From Microcoleus sp. (GTDB lineage Bacteria > Cyanobacteriota > Cyanobacteriia > Cyanobacteriales > Microcoleaceae), in assembly GCA_042408215.1 (NCBI GenBank), contig JAYFMW010000001.1:1-64000 (forward strand): a stretch of 64,000 nt of DNA, given 5' to 3'. Positions within the stretch are counted from its first letter, which is position 1. Each line of letters opens with the position of its first letter. Made by a program: the position numbers and the translations under genes. Below the pieces are notes generated by a model. The model had not been told where the DNA came from and ran no database searches. It saw nothing but the letters and a program-made list of their open reading frames with translations. Of this stretch, positions 1 to 8,433 are shown one piece after another.

Positions 1-888
1 CGAGATAATTTTAACCCTTTTGCGATCAACTTTATGAAAGGTGGCATGGTTTACTCGAACTTTGTCACCACGGTGTCACCACACCACGCTTGGGAAGCTC
101 ATGTGGGTCAGTTTGGCTATGGGTTGGGGCACACTTTGCATTTGTATCAAGATAAGTTTCGCGGGGTGCTCAACGGTATTGATTATGATGTGTGGAATCC
201 AGAAAGCGATCGCTACATTCCCCACCACTACACTCAGGAAAATCTGGCCGGAAAAGCCAAAACTAAAAAAGCTTTGCGCGATCGACTTTTACTGCGGGAT
301 GTTGACAAGCCAATTATTGCGTTTATCGGTCGTTTAGACGACCAAAAAGGTGTTCACCTCGTCCACCACGCAATTTATTATGCTCTGAGTAAAGGTGCAC
401 AATTTGTGCTTTTGGGTTCGGCTACAGAAGCCGGAATTAATGCTCATTTCCAGCATGAAAAACGGGTTTTAAATGACAATCACGACTGCCATTTGGAACT
501 GGGTTTTAATGAGGAACTGTCGCACTTAATTTATGCTGGTTCAGATTTAATTGTGGTTCCGAGCAATTATGAGCCCTGCGGGCTGACTCAGATGATCGGG
601 TTAAGGTATGGGACAGTGCCTGTGGTGCGGGGTGTTGGCGGTTTGGTGAATACTGTGTTCGATCGAGATTACGATACTCGCCACCCGCCCAAAGAACGCA
701 ACGGCTATGTGTTTTACCAGACAGATTACAGTGCTTTAGAATCGGCAATGGATCGGGCGATCGCATTGTGGTATGAGTACCATGATGAATTTGAGGAACT
801 CGTCGTTCAAGGCATGAGTTGTGACAATTCGTGGAAATATCCAGCTAAAGATTATGTGGAAATTTACGAGCTAATTCGGCATAAGTAA
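1..888 (+). CDS. glgA: Glycogen synthase, 5'-truncated by the window edge
   Basis: Frame open from base 1; GT5 motifs GVLNGIDY, IGRLDDQKG, PSNYEPCGLTQM, RGVGGL. Confidence 0.92.
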   Translation, partial: RDNFNPFAINFMKGGMVYSNFVTTVSPHHAWEAHVGQFGYGLGHTLHLYQDKFRGVLNGIDYDVWNPESDRYIPHHYTQENLAGKAKTKKALRDRLLLRDVDKPIIAFIGRLDDQKGVHLVHHAIYYALSKGAQFVLLGSATEAGINAHFQHEKRVLNDNHDCHLELGFNEELSHLIYAGSDLIVVPSNYEPCGLTQMIGLRYGTVPVVRGVGGLVNTVFDRDYDTRHPPKERNGYVFYQTDYSALESAMDRAIALWYEYHDEFEELVVQGMSCDNSWKYPAKDYVEIYELIRHK

Positions 889-906
889 CTCAAGTTGCTT
901 GTGATT

Positions 907-947
907 GTTATTGGTTATTGGTTATTGGTTATTGGTTATTGGTTATT
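907..947. repeat. STRR heptamer array (TTATTGG)n
   Basis: Tandem TTATTGG units downstream of glgA. Confidence 0.9.
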
Positions 948-1004
948 GCCAATTTTTAACCATTAACCGCTAACCATCAATTATAGTCCTAGACCCTGGA
1001 GGCC

Positions 1005-1070
1005 AGAAACCGGGATTCTTCCTAGATATCTAGTTGAGAATCTTCGATTTTTCAGAGAAACCCGGTTTCT
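1005..1070. repeat. Dispersed palindromic element AGAAACCGGG...CCCGGTTTCT
   Basis: Terminal inverted repeat; related copies near 34058-34121, 39656-39721 and 39746-39811. Confidence 0.8.
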
Positions 1071-1269
1071 TTAGATATTGCCTATATCTTAAGGAATAGA
1101 TAAAGTTGGGTTGGTCTAACCAGATATAGATATGGTTTTGAGTAAAAATGCGGGTGGGGAAAGTACGAATGCAGATTGTAGGGTTTCCTTACCTGTCGTT
1201 CTTAGTTGCGATCGCACACAATAAAAGTATAGAAATTAAACGGCTGGTTTTCACCCGCCATTACAAAAA

Positions 1270-1641
1270 ATGAACTCACAACTAGAAAAACAAGTAACTC
1301 TTCTACAAGACAAAACAGCAGCCGTTGCAGATACCACAAACACAACAGTTGAAACTCCTTTATTCACTGCGGAATTTTCAACAGAAGAAAAAGTCAGAGT
1401 AGAAGAGTTTAAGATTAGTGGCGACTCTTTAATTGCGAGAGTCAAAGAATTAATTCAGCAAGGAAAACTCCGCCGCCTCGTCATCAAAAACTCCCAAGGG
1501 CGGCAATTGGCAGACATTCCGCTGATAGCGGGATTGGTAGGTGGCGTTGCAGGGGCGATCGTATTTCCAATTGCTGCTATACTTGCGACTGTTGGAGCAG
1601 TTGTGGCTCATTTGACTGTGGCTGTTGAGCGCAAAGAATAG
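1270..1641 (+). CDS. DUF4342 domain protein
   Basis: EEFKISGDSLIARVKELIQQG...IPL followed by hydrophobic Gly/Ala-rich hairpin. Confidence 0.8.
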   Translation: MNSQLEKQVTLLQDKTAAVADTTNTTVETPLFTAEFSTEEKVRVEEFKISGDSLIARVKELIQQGKLRRLVIKNSQGRQLADIPLIAGLVGGVAGAIVFPIAAILATVGAVVAHLTVAVERKE

Positions 1642-2056
1642 TCATTAGTCATTAGTCATTAGTCATTAGTCATTAGTTATTGGTCATTAGTCATTGGTCA
1701 TTGGTCATTGGTCATTAGTCATTGGTCATTGGTCATTGGTCATTAGTCATTAGTCATGAGTCATTAGTCATGAGTCATTGGTCATTGGTCATTGGTCATT
1801 GGGAATGGGGAATTGGGCATGGGGAATTCGTAATTCGTAATTCGTAATTCGTAATTCGTAATTAGTCATTGGTCATTGGTCATTGGTCATTGGGAATGGG
1901 GAATTGGGAATGGGGAATTCGTAATTCGTAATTCGTAATTAGTCATTGGTCATTGGTCATTGGGAATGGGGAATTGGGAATGGGGAATTCGTAATTCGTA
2001 ATTCGTAATTAGTCATTAGTCATTAGTCATTAGTCATTAGTCATTAGTCATTAGTT
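1641..2056. repeat. Compound STRR array (GTCATTA/GTCATTG/GGGAATG/TTCGTAA)
   Basis: About 410 bp of heptamer blocks between convergent genes. Confidence 0.95.
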
Positions 2057-3494
2057 GATTCCTAACGCTAATAACTAATAACCAATAAATAATCTTTAGA
2101 TACCCGACTTCTCTAAGAAGTCGGGTATCGGCGCGTTCTGTTTTTTTACTTTCACATTCTGATCGACGCAAATTATCGGGTAGTTTCGCCGATGGTTGGT
2201 CTAAATAATTGTAAACAATCCGCGAAATTCGGCGCACAAAATCTCTGACAATCGGGTCATTGTAAGGACGTTTGACAAAGATTGCGGCTAAATAACGCTT
2301 CCCATTCGGCATATCAATAATACCAGCATCGCCAACTACAAAGCCGATATCTCCGGTTTTGTCAGCAATAACTGCACCCGCCCCCAAACCCGAAGGAAGC
2401 AGCGTTCTAGTTGTTGTATGCCGCAATAATTCTAAAACTTGTTCCCGACTCGATTCAGAAACTAATTTATCGCGAGATAGCATCGCCAGCAGTTGTACCA
2501 TATCCACAGAACTGGTTGTATTTGTTCCTTGAAAATCTCCCAACCAATTGCGAATTATTGTGTCAGTTAATCCCCAACTGCGAAAACGCTCGTTAAGTTT
2601 AGCAATTCCCCCCAAACGTTCAATAATCATGTTTGTGGCTGTATTGTCGCTGATGGTAATCATTTTATCTACGGTTTCTCTGATGCTAAACCGAGTTCCA
2701 TCTGCTTCGTCTTGCATAGTTCCAGAGCCGCTGGCCACTAAGTCTGACTTCATAACTAATGTTTCATTCAAGCTAACTTTACCAGCGTCTACATCTTGAT
2801 AAAAGGCAATCAGGATTGGTAATTTGATTGTACTTGCGGCTGGAAATACTCGATCGCCCTTGATATCTAAATAGTTTCCTGTATCTAAGTCCAGAAAAAA
2901 CATTCCCGCACTCAGGGATTTATACTGTTCGATCGCCTGTTCAATTTGAGGCTTAATTGCTGTCATTTCCGAGCCTGTTCGCATCCCCAAATCACCGGAA
3001 TAGTTGCGAGGATTCGTGGCAGAAACATTGGGCGAAACTTGACGAGTTTTTTGTTCAAACCGGGTAATAGCTGCTGATTCAAAAGACTCATTACCTGCTA
3101 ATTGCTCTGGCTTGGGTAACTGAAACGACCAGCGAGTTGAAGATTCTTTGATGACTCGCACTTGTTTCGGATCTAATTTATAACCGGGAGTTAATTGGAG
3201 CACTAATCTTGTGGTTTCGGTGTCAAATTGCCCGATTCTGATTTCTTGAATAGCTGAGTTATAGTTGTGAGGATTTTCGGGATATTCTAGCACAATTCCG
3301 GGTAAATCAATTACTAAACGGGTGGGATTAGCAATTAATTTAACTGACGGCTGAACGCTGGTATCTGTTGTTAAATTGAGTTTATTTTGATTATCATCGA
3401 AGTGCCAATATGTCAAGGTATCGGCTTTTGCAGGTAAGGCGATCGAGAAAACACTAATTAAGGTAGCCAACAGCCATTGTAGTTTTAAAGTCAT
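2037..3494 (-). CDS. AMIN-domain class A beta-lactamase-like serine hydrolase
   Basis: Signal peptide, AMIN motif PTRLVIDLPG, SxxK (ASTIK), SDN, KTG. Confidence 0.88.
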   Translation of the reverse strand: MTLKLQWLLATLISVFSIALPAKADTLTYWHFDDNQNKLNLTTDTSVQPSVKLIANPTRLVIDLPGIVLEYPENPHNYNSAIQEIRIGQFDTETTRLVLQLTPGYKLDPKQVRVIKESSTRWSFQLPKPEQLAGNESFESAAITRFEQKTRQVSPNVSATNPRNYSGDLGMRTGSEMTAIKPQIEQAIEQYKSLSAGMFFLDLDTGNYLDIKGDRVFPAASTIKLPILIAFYQDVDAGKVSLNETLVMKSDLVASGSGTMQDEADGTRFSIRETVDKMITISDNTATNMIIERLGGIAKLNERFRSWGLTDTIIRNWLGDFQGTNTTSSVDMVQLLAMLSRDKLVSESSREQVLELLRHTTTRTLLPSGLGAGAVIADKTGDIGFVVGDAGIIDMPNGKRYLAAIFVKRPYNDPIVRDFVRRISRIVYNYLDQPSAKLPDNLRRSECESKKTERADTRLLREVGYLKIIYWLLVISVRNQLMTND

Positions 3495-3765
3495 GTGTGG
3501 GGAGAAAGAGTGGAATTTGCCTCAACTCGAAAGCGATTGGAACATTGTTCTCAACCGCTGTCGTGGCGAGTCGTATGACATCATACAGTTAACTCTTGCC
3601 CTCTGCCGTATATTTTATTATTTTGTTCGATAATATTCAGTTTTCCGAACCGATCGCAAATCCCGTTCTATTACTTGCCCCCCGGATTCATCCGTGGGGT
3701 CAATTCTTCAATTCTTCAATTCTTCAATTCTTCAATTCTAAAATCTAAAATCTAAAATCTAAAAT

Positions 3766-4104
3766 CTAAAATCGATCGATCGCCTTATTTCTAGCAGTTT
3801 CTATTGCATCAATTGTAGCTTTGAGAAAAACTTTTCCTTGAGCCGCAAATCGCCGATCGCTCAAATGGTCGTAAGCTTCCCAATTACCACTAACTTCGCG
3901 ATCGTGCCACAAAAACCAGCCCAGGTAAATTTCACCGCTATCAATATCATCGCACAAAGCCAGCCAGTCATCTCCCGTGAGAACATCGGCATCTAATGCT
4001 ACCAATTCGATCCAGGCTAGTGCAGTACAAGCATCGATCGGATCGGCATCAAATAAATCAGATTTTGTAGGGGTAGCTAGCTGCGGTAAGAGTGTATATT
4101 TCAT
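3766..4104 (-). CDS. Hypothetical protein
   Basis: 112-aa ORF, ATG preceded by AAGGA. Confidence 0.6.
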   Translation of the reverse strand: MKYTLLPQLATPTKSDLFDADPIDACTALAWIELVALDADVLTGDDWLALCDDIDSGEIYLGWFLWHDREVSGNWEAYDHLSDRRFAAQGKVFLKATIDAIETARNKAIDRF

Positions 4105-4181
4105 AATTTATCCTTAATCAAATGATGGCCATCTATTAACAAAATGAGATTAGTTCTGGGTGAACAATGAACTGGAAAATA

Positions 4182-4358
4182 TCACTGTTTACCGAAGTTA
4201 CTCGGTACTGCAACGGGAAAAACTCCAGTCTGATGAATTTCTGTTTCGTCAAATTTGCCAGCGGCTGATGCTTCAGTTAAAGTATTAAGTGTATTAATTG
4301 TGAAAATTGCTGCGGTGCCTAAAGCTGCCATTAACAGCCTGTGTAAAATCTTGTTCAT
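4182..4358 (-). pseudogene. Truncated secreted-protein gene, N-terminus resembling DUF3747 proteins
   Basis: Signal peptide ...EASA then KFDETEIHQTGVFPVAVP, stopping after 58 aa. Confidence 0.45.
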
Positions 4359-4634
4359 GTTCGTACACCTTTTTTGTTTGATGTATCTACTGTAAAAAAT
4401 CAAGCAGTGATGCGCGCGGGAGATTAGGGAGTTAAGAAAAGTTTTTTTGATTTAAATACCTTCAAATGTTGAAAGCGTTGACAGGAGGAGGTTTGAGGAT
4501 GCGATCGACAATAAAACTTTCAGGATTAAAATTCCTGAAATTGAGTCAGGCTGACTATCTTCCTTAAAATCGCTTAAAATAGGAAGTTAAGGCGTTAAAC
4601 TTCCTAGATTCCTTTCCCTTTCACTGTAAGCGAA

Positions 4635-6506
4635 GTGCTCAAGTCAAAACGCGATCGCGGTCGCATTCTCACTGTCTCTGGCTTAAAGAAGCTGAATGAG
4701 GCGATCCAAGAATGGTCTGACCGACATAACATTAGAGGTACTCTGACTGAAATCGAGGCTGAGTCTGGCGTCGGTTGCGATACAGTCAGCAAAATTCGAC
4801 AGGGTAGAGAAGGTGCGGATTTGAGTAAAATTCGGCAGTTATTCGCAGTTTTTGATTTAAGTTTAGCGAAGGGCGACCATCGCTCGGCTAAACTAGACGA
4901 TACGGAAGATACGGATGAGTCGGACAATTTGCCACCTGCGGGGGAAAAAGTCGCGATCGCCAGCCGAAATGTTAAGATTTTTATCAGCTATCACAGCGCT
5001 GAGCCCGATCGCGAGTTGGGAAAACAGTTGGGGAATGCTTTAAGTGCGATCGGGAATACAGTTTTCACAGTAGAAAATAGCATTCGACTGGGAGATAATT
5101 GGTTCGATCGAATTAATTATTTTCTCCAAGAATGCGATTATTTACTGCTGCTATTGCCGCCAACGGGAACCCAAAGCGAACTCCTAACGTATCAAGTTCA
5201 GCAAGCAAAAGAACTGCAAGATTCTCGCCCTGACAAAAAGCCAATAATTCTGCCCATCCGCGTCGGTTTTCCCCTAAGTGCGCCTCTAAATCACGACTTG
5301 CGAGGCTATCTTTACCGCATTAAACAGAGGGAATGGCAAACTACAGCAGATACTCCAATTCTCATCAAAGAAATTCTGAGTTTGTTAGCAGAAACTCCCG
5401 CATCCGGCCAAGACGAACCAGAAATTTTAATCCCAAACCAAGTATTAGGAATTAGCAGCGATCGTATTCCATTACCAGTCGCCGAACCGGAATTGCCGGG
5501 TGGACAAGTCGATGTCGCCTCTCAATTTTATGTAGAACGTCCTCCCATCGAAGAACGGTGTTATCAAACTATTTTGCAGCCCAGCGCCTTAATTAGAATA
5601 AAAGCTCCCCGACAGATGGGAAAAACTTCTTTAATGGCCAAGATTTTGCACCACGCATCTTGTCGAGATTATCGCACAGTTCCGCTAACTTTTCAGTTAG
5701 TTGATAAAACTGTATTTGCCAATCTCGATAAATTTCTCAAGTGGTTTTGTGCCTATGTCGGGCGAGAGTTACACATACCAAATCAATTAGACGATTATTG
5801 GGATGAAATTTTTGGCAGCAAAGTCAATTGCAAAGATTACTTTGAGAAATATCTTTTGCCACAAATCGACACTCCTTTAGTGTTAGGATTAGACGAGATA
5901 GATCGCGTTTTCCAATATCCCGACATTGCCGAAGACTTTTTAGGATTACTACGAGCTTGGCACGAAGAATCAAAGCGGCGCGATATCTGGAAAAAACTGC
6001 GATTAATTGTGGTTCACTCCACCGAAGTTTACATTCCCATGAATATCAATCAATCGCCTTTCAACGTCGGATTACCCGTAGATTTGCCGGAATTCAACGC
6101 TCAACAAATCCAAGATTTAGCAGTGCGCCACAATTTGAATTGGTCCCATCGAGAAGTTGAGAAATTGATGGCAATTGTGGGCGGTCATCCTTATCTAGTG
6201 CGAGTTGCATTATATCACATTTCGCGGTCAGACTTGACCATTGATGAATTCAAAGAAACTGCGGTTGCGGATGCTGGAATTTACAGCGACCATTTGCGCC
6301 GCCAATTGTGGAATTTGGAAGAATATCCAGAGTTAGCGCAGGGGATGAGAGAGATTGCGGCGGCGGATTCTCCGGTGCAATTAAAGGCAATGCAGGCGTT
6401 TAAGTTGGACAGTTTGGGGTTGGTGAAATTGCAGGGAAACGAGTGCGTTCCGAGGTGCGAGTTGTATCGGCAATATTTTCGATCGCATTTGAGCGCGATC
6501 GGGTAA
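4635..6506 (+). CDS. HTH-TIR-AAA_35 (STAND-like NTPase) protein
   Basis: N-terminal HTH, TIR (KIFISYH), Walker A APRQMGKTS, Walker B LGLDEID, SPFNVG. Confidence 0.88.
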   Translation: MLKSKRDRGRILTVSGLKKLNEAIQEWSDRHNIRGTLTEIEAESGVGCDTVSKIRQGREGADLSKIRQLFAVFDLSLAKGDHRSAKLDDTEDTDESDNLPPAGEKVAIASRNVKIFISYHSAEPDRELGKQLGNALSAIGNTVFTVENSIRLGDNWFDRINYFLQECDYLLLLLPPTGTQSELLTYQVQQAKELQDSRPDKKPIILPIRVGFPLSAPLNHDLRGYLYRIKQREWQTTADTPILIKEILSLLAETPASGQDEPEILIPNQVLGISSDRIPLPVAEPELPGGQVDVASQFYVERPPIEERCYQTILQPSALIRIKAPRQMGKTSLMAKILHHASCRDYRTVPLTFQLVDKTVFANLDKFLKWFCAYVGRELHIPNQLDDYWDEIFGSKVNCKDYFEKYLLPQIDTPLVLGLDEIDRVFQYPDIAEDFLGLLRAWHEESKRRDIWKKLRLIVVHSTEVYIPMNINQSPFNVGLPVDLPEFNAQQIQDLAVRHNLNWSHREVEKLMAIVGGHPYLVRVALYHISRSDLTIDEFKETAVADAGIYSDHLRRQLWNLEEYPELAQGMREIAAADSPVQLKAMQAFKLDSLGLVKLQGNECVPRCELYRQYFRSHLSAIG

Positions 6507-6540
6507 AATTAACTCTGGGTTAAAAATCTGCGATCGAAAT

Positions 6541-6588
6541 CGGCGGTTGAAACCGCTACTACACAAACAAAGTCCGCCTCCGCGGACT
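6541..6588. repeat. Dispersed REP-like repeat, inverted partner of 8377-8424
   Basis: 45 of 48 bases match the reverse complement of 8377-8424; related copy near 38838. Confidence 0.85.
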
Positions 6589-6608
6589 AAGAGATAATCA
6601 AACATCCC

Positions 6609-6719
6609 ATGAACGATATTTTTTTGATCGACTCCGATAATTGGCTAGATTGGATTACCGTGTTTGGTTATCTAGGCTTTACTGCTTTCATTATCTGGCG
6701 CATTTTGGCGGCAAAGTAG
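6609..6719 (+). CDS. Putative 36-aa single-TM small protein
   Basis: MNDIFLIDSDNWLDWITVFGYLGFTAFIIWRILAAK*; hydrophobic helix with basic C-terminus; below the ORF-track cutoff. Confidence 0.5.
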   Translation: MNDIFLIDSDNWLDWITVFGYLGFTAFIIWRILAAK

Positions 6720-6760
6720 ATATATTATGAAATAATATCAATTCCGGTTCTTTTTAACCT

Positions 6761-6892
6761 GTAGGGTGCGTCAGACAAAGTTTTAGGGCGATGATTGAAA
6801 ATTCAGGTTCTGACGCACCCTACTAATTGACTGTAGGGTGCGTCAGACAAAGTTTTAGGGCTATTATTTAGGGTTGAATATCTGACGCACCT
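6761..6892. repeat. Two GTAGGGTGCGTCAGA...TCTGACGCACC palindromic repeats
   Basis: Two tandem hairpin units; another copy at about 24340-24398. Confidence 0.8.
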
Positions 6893-6894
6893 TA

Positions 6895-7395
6895 CTAATT
6901 ATTAGATAAAATCCTCTCATAAATTTCATAATTCTCTCGATCGAAACAGCAAAAAATTACTCTTTGAACACCACCATTCTTTTGTATGTATTCCGAGCAT
7001 ACCTTCACTGCAATCTCACTTGCTAGAACTTTAGGATAGCTGTAAATGCCGGTGCTAATGCAAGGAAATGCCAAACTCTCAAACTCTCGATCAGTGGCAA
7101 TTTGCATACACTTACGGTAACAGTCGGCTAAGAGTTCTGGTTCTCCATCATTACCCTTCCGCCATACTGGCCCTACTGTGTGGATGACGAAGCGTGCAGG
7201 CAATTTATATCCCTTAGTTAGTTTAGCATCTCCAGTCTTACATCCTCCAAGTAATCGGCATTCTTCATAAAGTTCCGATCCTGCTGCTCTGTGTATTGCT
7301 CCATCTACTCCACCACCACCAAGTAAGCTGGTATTTGCAGCATTCACGATCGCATCAACTTCGAGTTTTGTGATGTCGCCCAAAATAACTTTCAT
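6895..7395 (-). CDS. Macrodomain protein (O-acetyl-ADP-ribose deacetylase, YmdB-like)
   Basis: GDITKL, VNAAN, GGGGVDGAIH, IHTVGP, FPCISTGIY. Confidence 0.92.
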   Translation of the reverse strand: MKVILGDITKLEVDAIVNAANTSLLGGGGVDGAIHRAAGSELYEECRLLGGCKTGDAKLTKGYKLPARFVIHTVGPVWRKGNDGEPELLADCYRKCMQIATDREFESLAFPCISTGIYSYPKVLASEIAVKVCSEYIQKNGGVQRVIFCCFDRENYEIYERILSNN

Positions 7396-7445
7396 ATTTT
7401 CTGCAATAGTAAACTGTAGACAAGTTTAGCAAAGAAACTCATTAT

Positions 7446-8192
7446 CTAGTCTTGCTCTCTCAACTTTCGCAAAATCGGAATTTGTTCCAACTGTTCGGGC
7501 CGTATACTATCCCAGTTTAACCCAATTGGACGCGGATAAGTTGTATTAGTCTCAATTATTTCATCAGCAGTAACAATCCAATTCAGCGCCCAATCGTGAG
7601 CTTGCATTGGTAAACGCGAATCTGCGACTACTTGCAAAGAATGCACCGTTGTCACAATCGGTGTCTCAATTTCTACTAATCCGAATTCCTGCAACATAGC
7701 CAATTCCAAATCAGCAAATCCTGCACCTTTCCCGGTTCTTCCCCCGTTGGGAGTCACTGCTACACAACCGACGATTACTAAATCAATCGGCTCCATTTCT
7801 GCAAAACTTACCAATTTTCCGCAAGTCAGTGCTTTGCGGGCGATCGCACTTTCGGCAATAGATACATTTTGCCTCTGCAAATCCCCAGCAGTCAACTCAA
7901 CAAAACAGCGATCGTCTGTCAAGCGCGGTACTGCCATATACAGCCGTTTTCCGTCTTGCAAAGCGCGCATCCGCACCGGAATTTGTGCCGCATCTGGATT
8001 GCACTTAATCGTTTTTGCTTGTTGCCAAATTGGTAAATTTGCCAATCTTTCGGCCGCCAAATCAGCACCGACAAAGTTGGGAATATGACCAAACGGATCG
8101 CCAATAGATGCGGCTTGCTGCTTCAGCAAAGACCAAATTTCTGTTCTTAACTTGTCTTTGTCGTGGTGATATCCAATCCAATCAGTTTGCAT
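7446..8192 (-). CDS. 5-formyltetrahydrofolate cyclo-ligase family protein (MTHFSD-like)
   Basis: HIPNFVGA, KCNPD, GRTGKGAGFADLE, TTVH, HDW. Confidence 0.85.
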   Translation of the reverse strand: MQTDWIGYHHDKDKLRTEIWSLLKQQAASIGDPFGHIPNFVGADLAAERLANLPIWQQAKTIKCNPDAAQIPVRMRALQDGKRLYMAVPRLTDDRCFVELTAGDLQRQNVSIAESAIARKALTCGKLVSFAEMEPIDLVIVGCVAVTPNGGRTGKGAGFADLELAMLQEFGLVEIETPIVTTVHSLQVVADSRLPMQAHDWALNWIVTADEIIETNTTYPRPIGLNWDSIRPEQLEQIPILRKLREQD

Positions 8193-8376
8193 GGTGTAAA
8201 TAGAAGGCAGTTCGGCAGCGGATTATGTAACGGATGTAACGGATGTCAGTCAGAAGGAATAATGCTTATATAGCAAGCTGTTTCGCCCTTTGTATCTTAC
8301 GTTTGATTAAGTCAATTTACTTATTATGGTACAATGTATCATACAAAAGTGTGCTTTTATACCGCTTCGATTCTTC

Positions 8377-8424
8377 AGTCCGCGCAGGCGGACTTCGTTT
8401 GTATAGTAGCGGTTTCAACCGCCG
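8377..8424. repeat. Dispersed REP-like repeat, inverted partner of 6541-6588
   Basis: AGTCCGCGCAGGCGGACT...GCGGTTTCAACCGCCG. Confidence 0.85.
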
Positions 8425-8433
8425 AACTAATTT

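Noticed and set aside
4635..7395. Canonical Thoeris system
   Set aside because: No SIR2/SLOG or TM-macro ThsA; the macro protein is a stand-alone YmdB type on the opposite strand, and the TIR appears to lack its catalytic Glu
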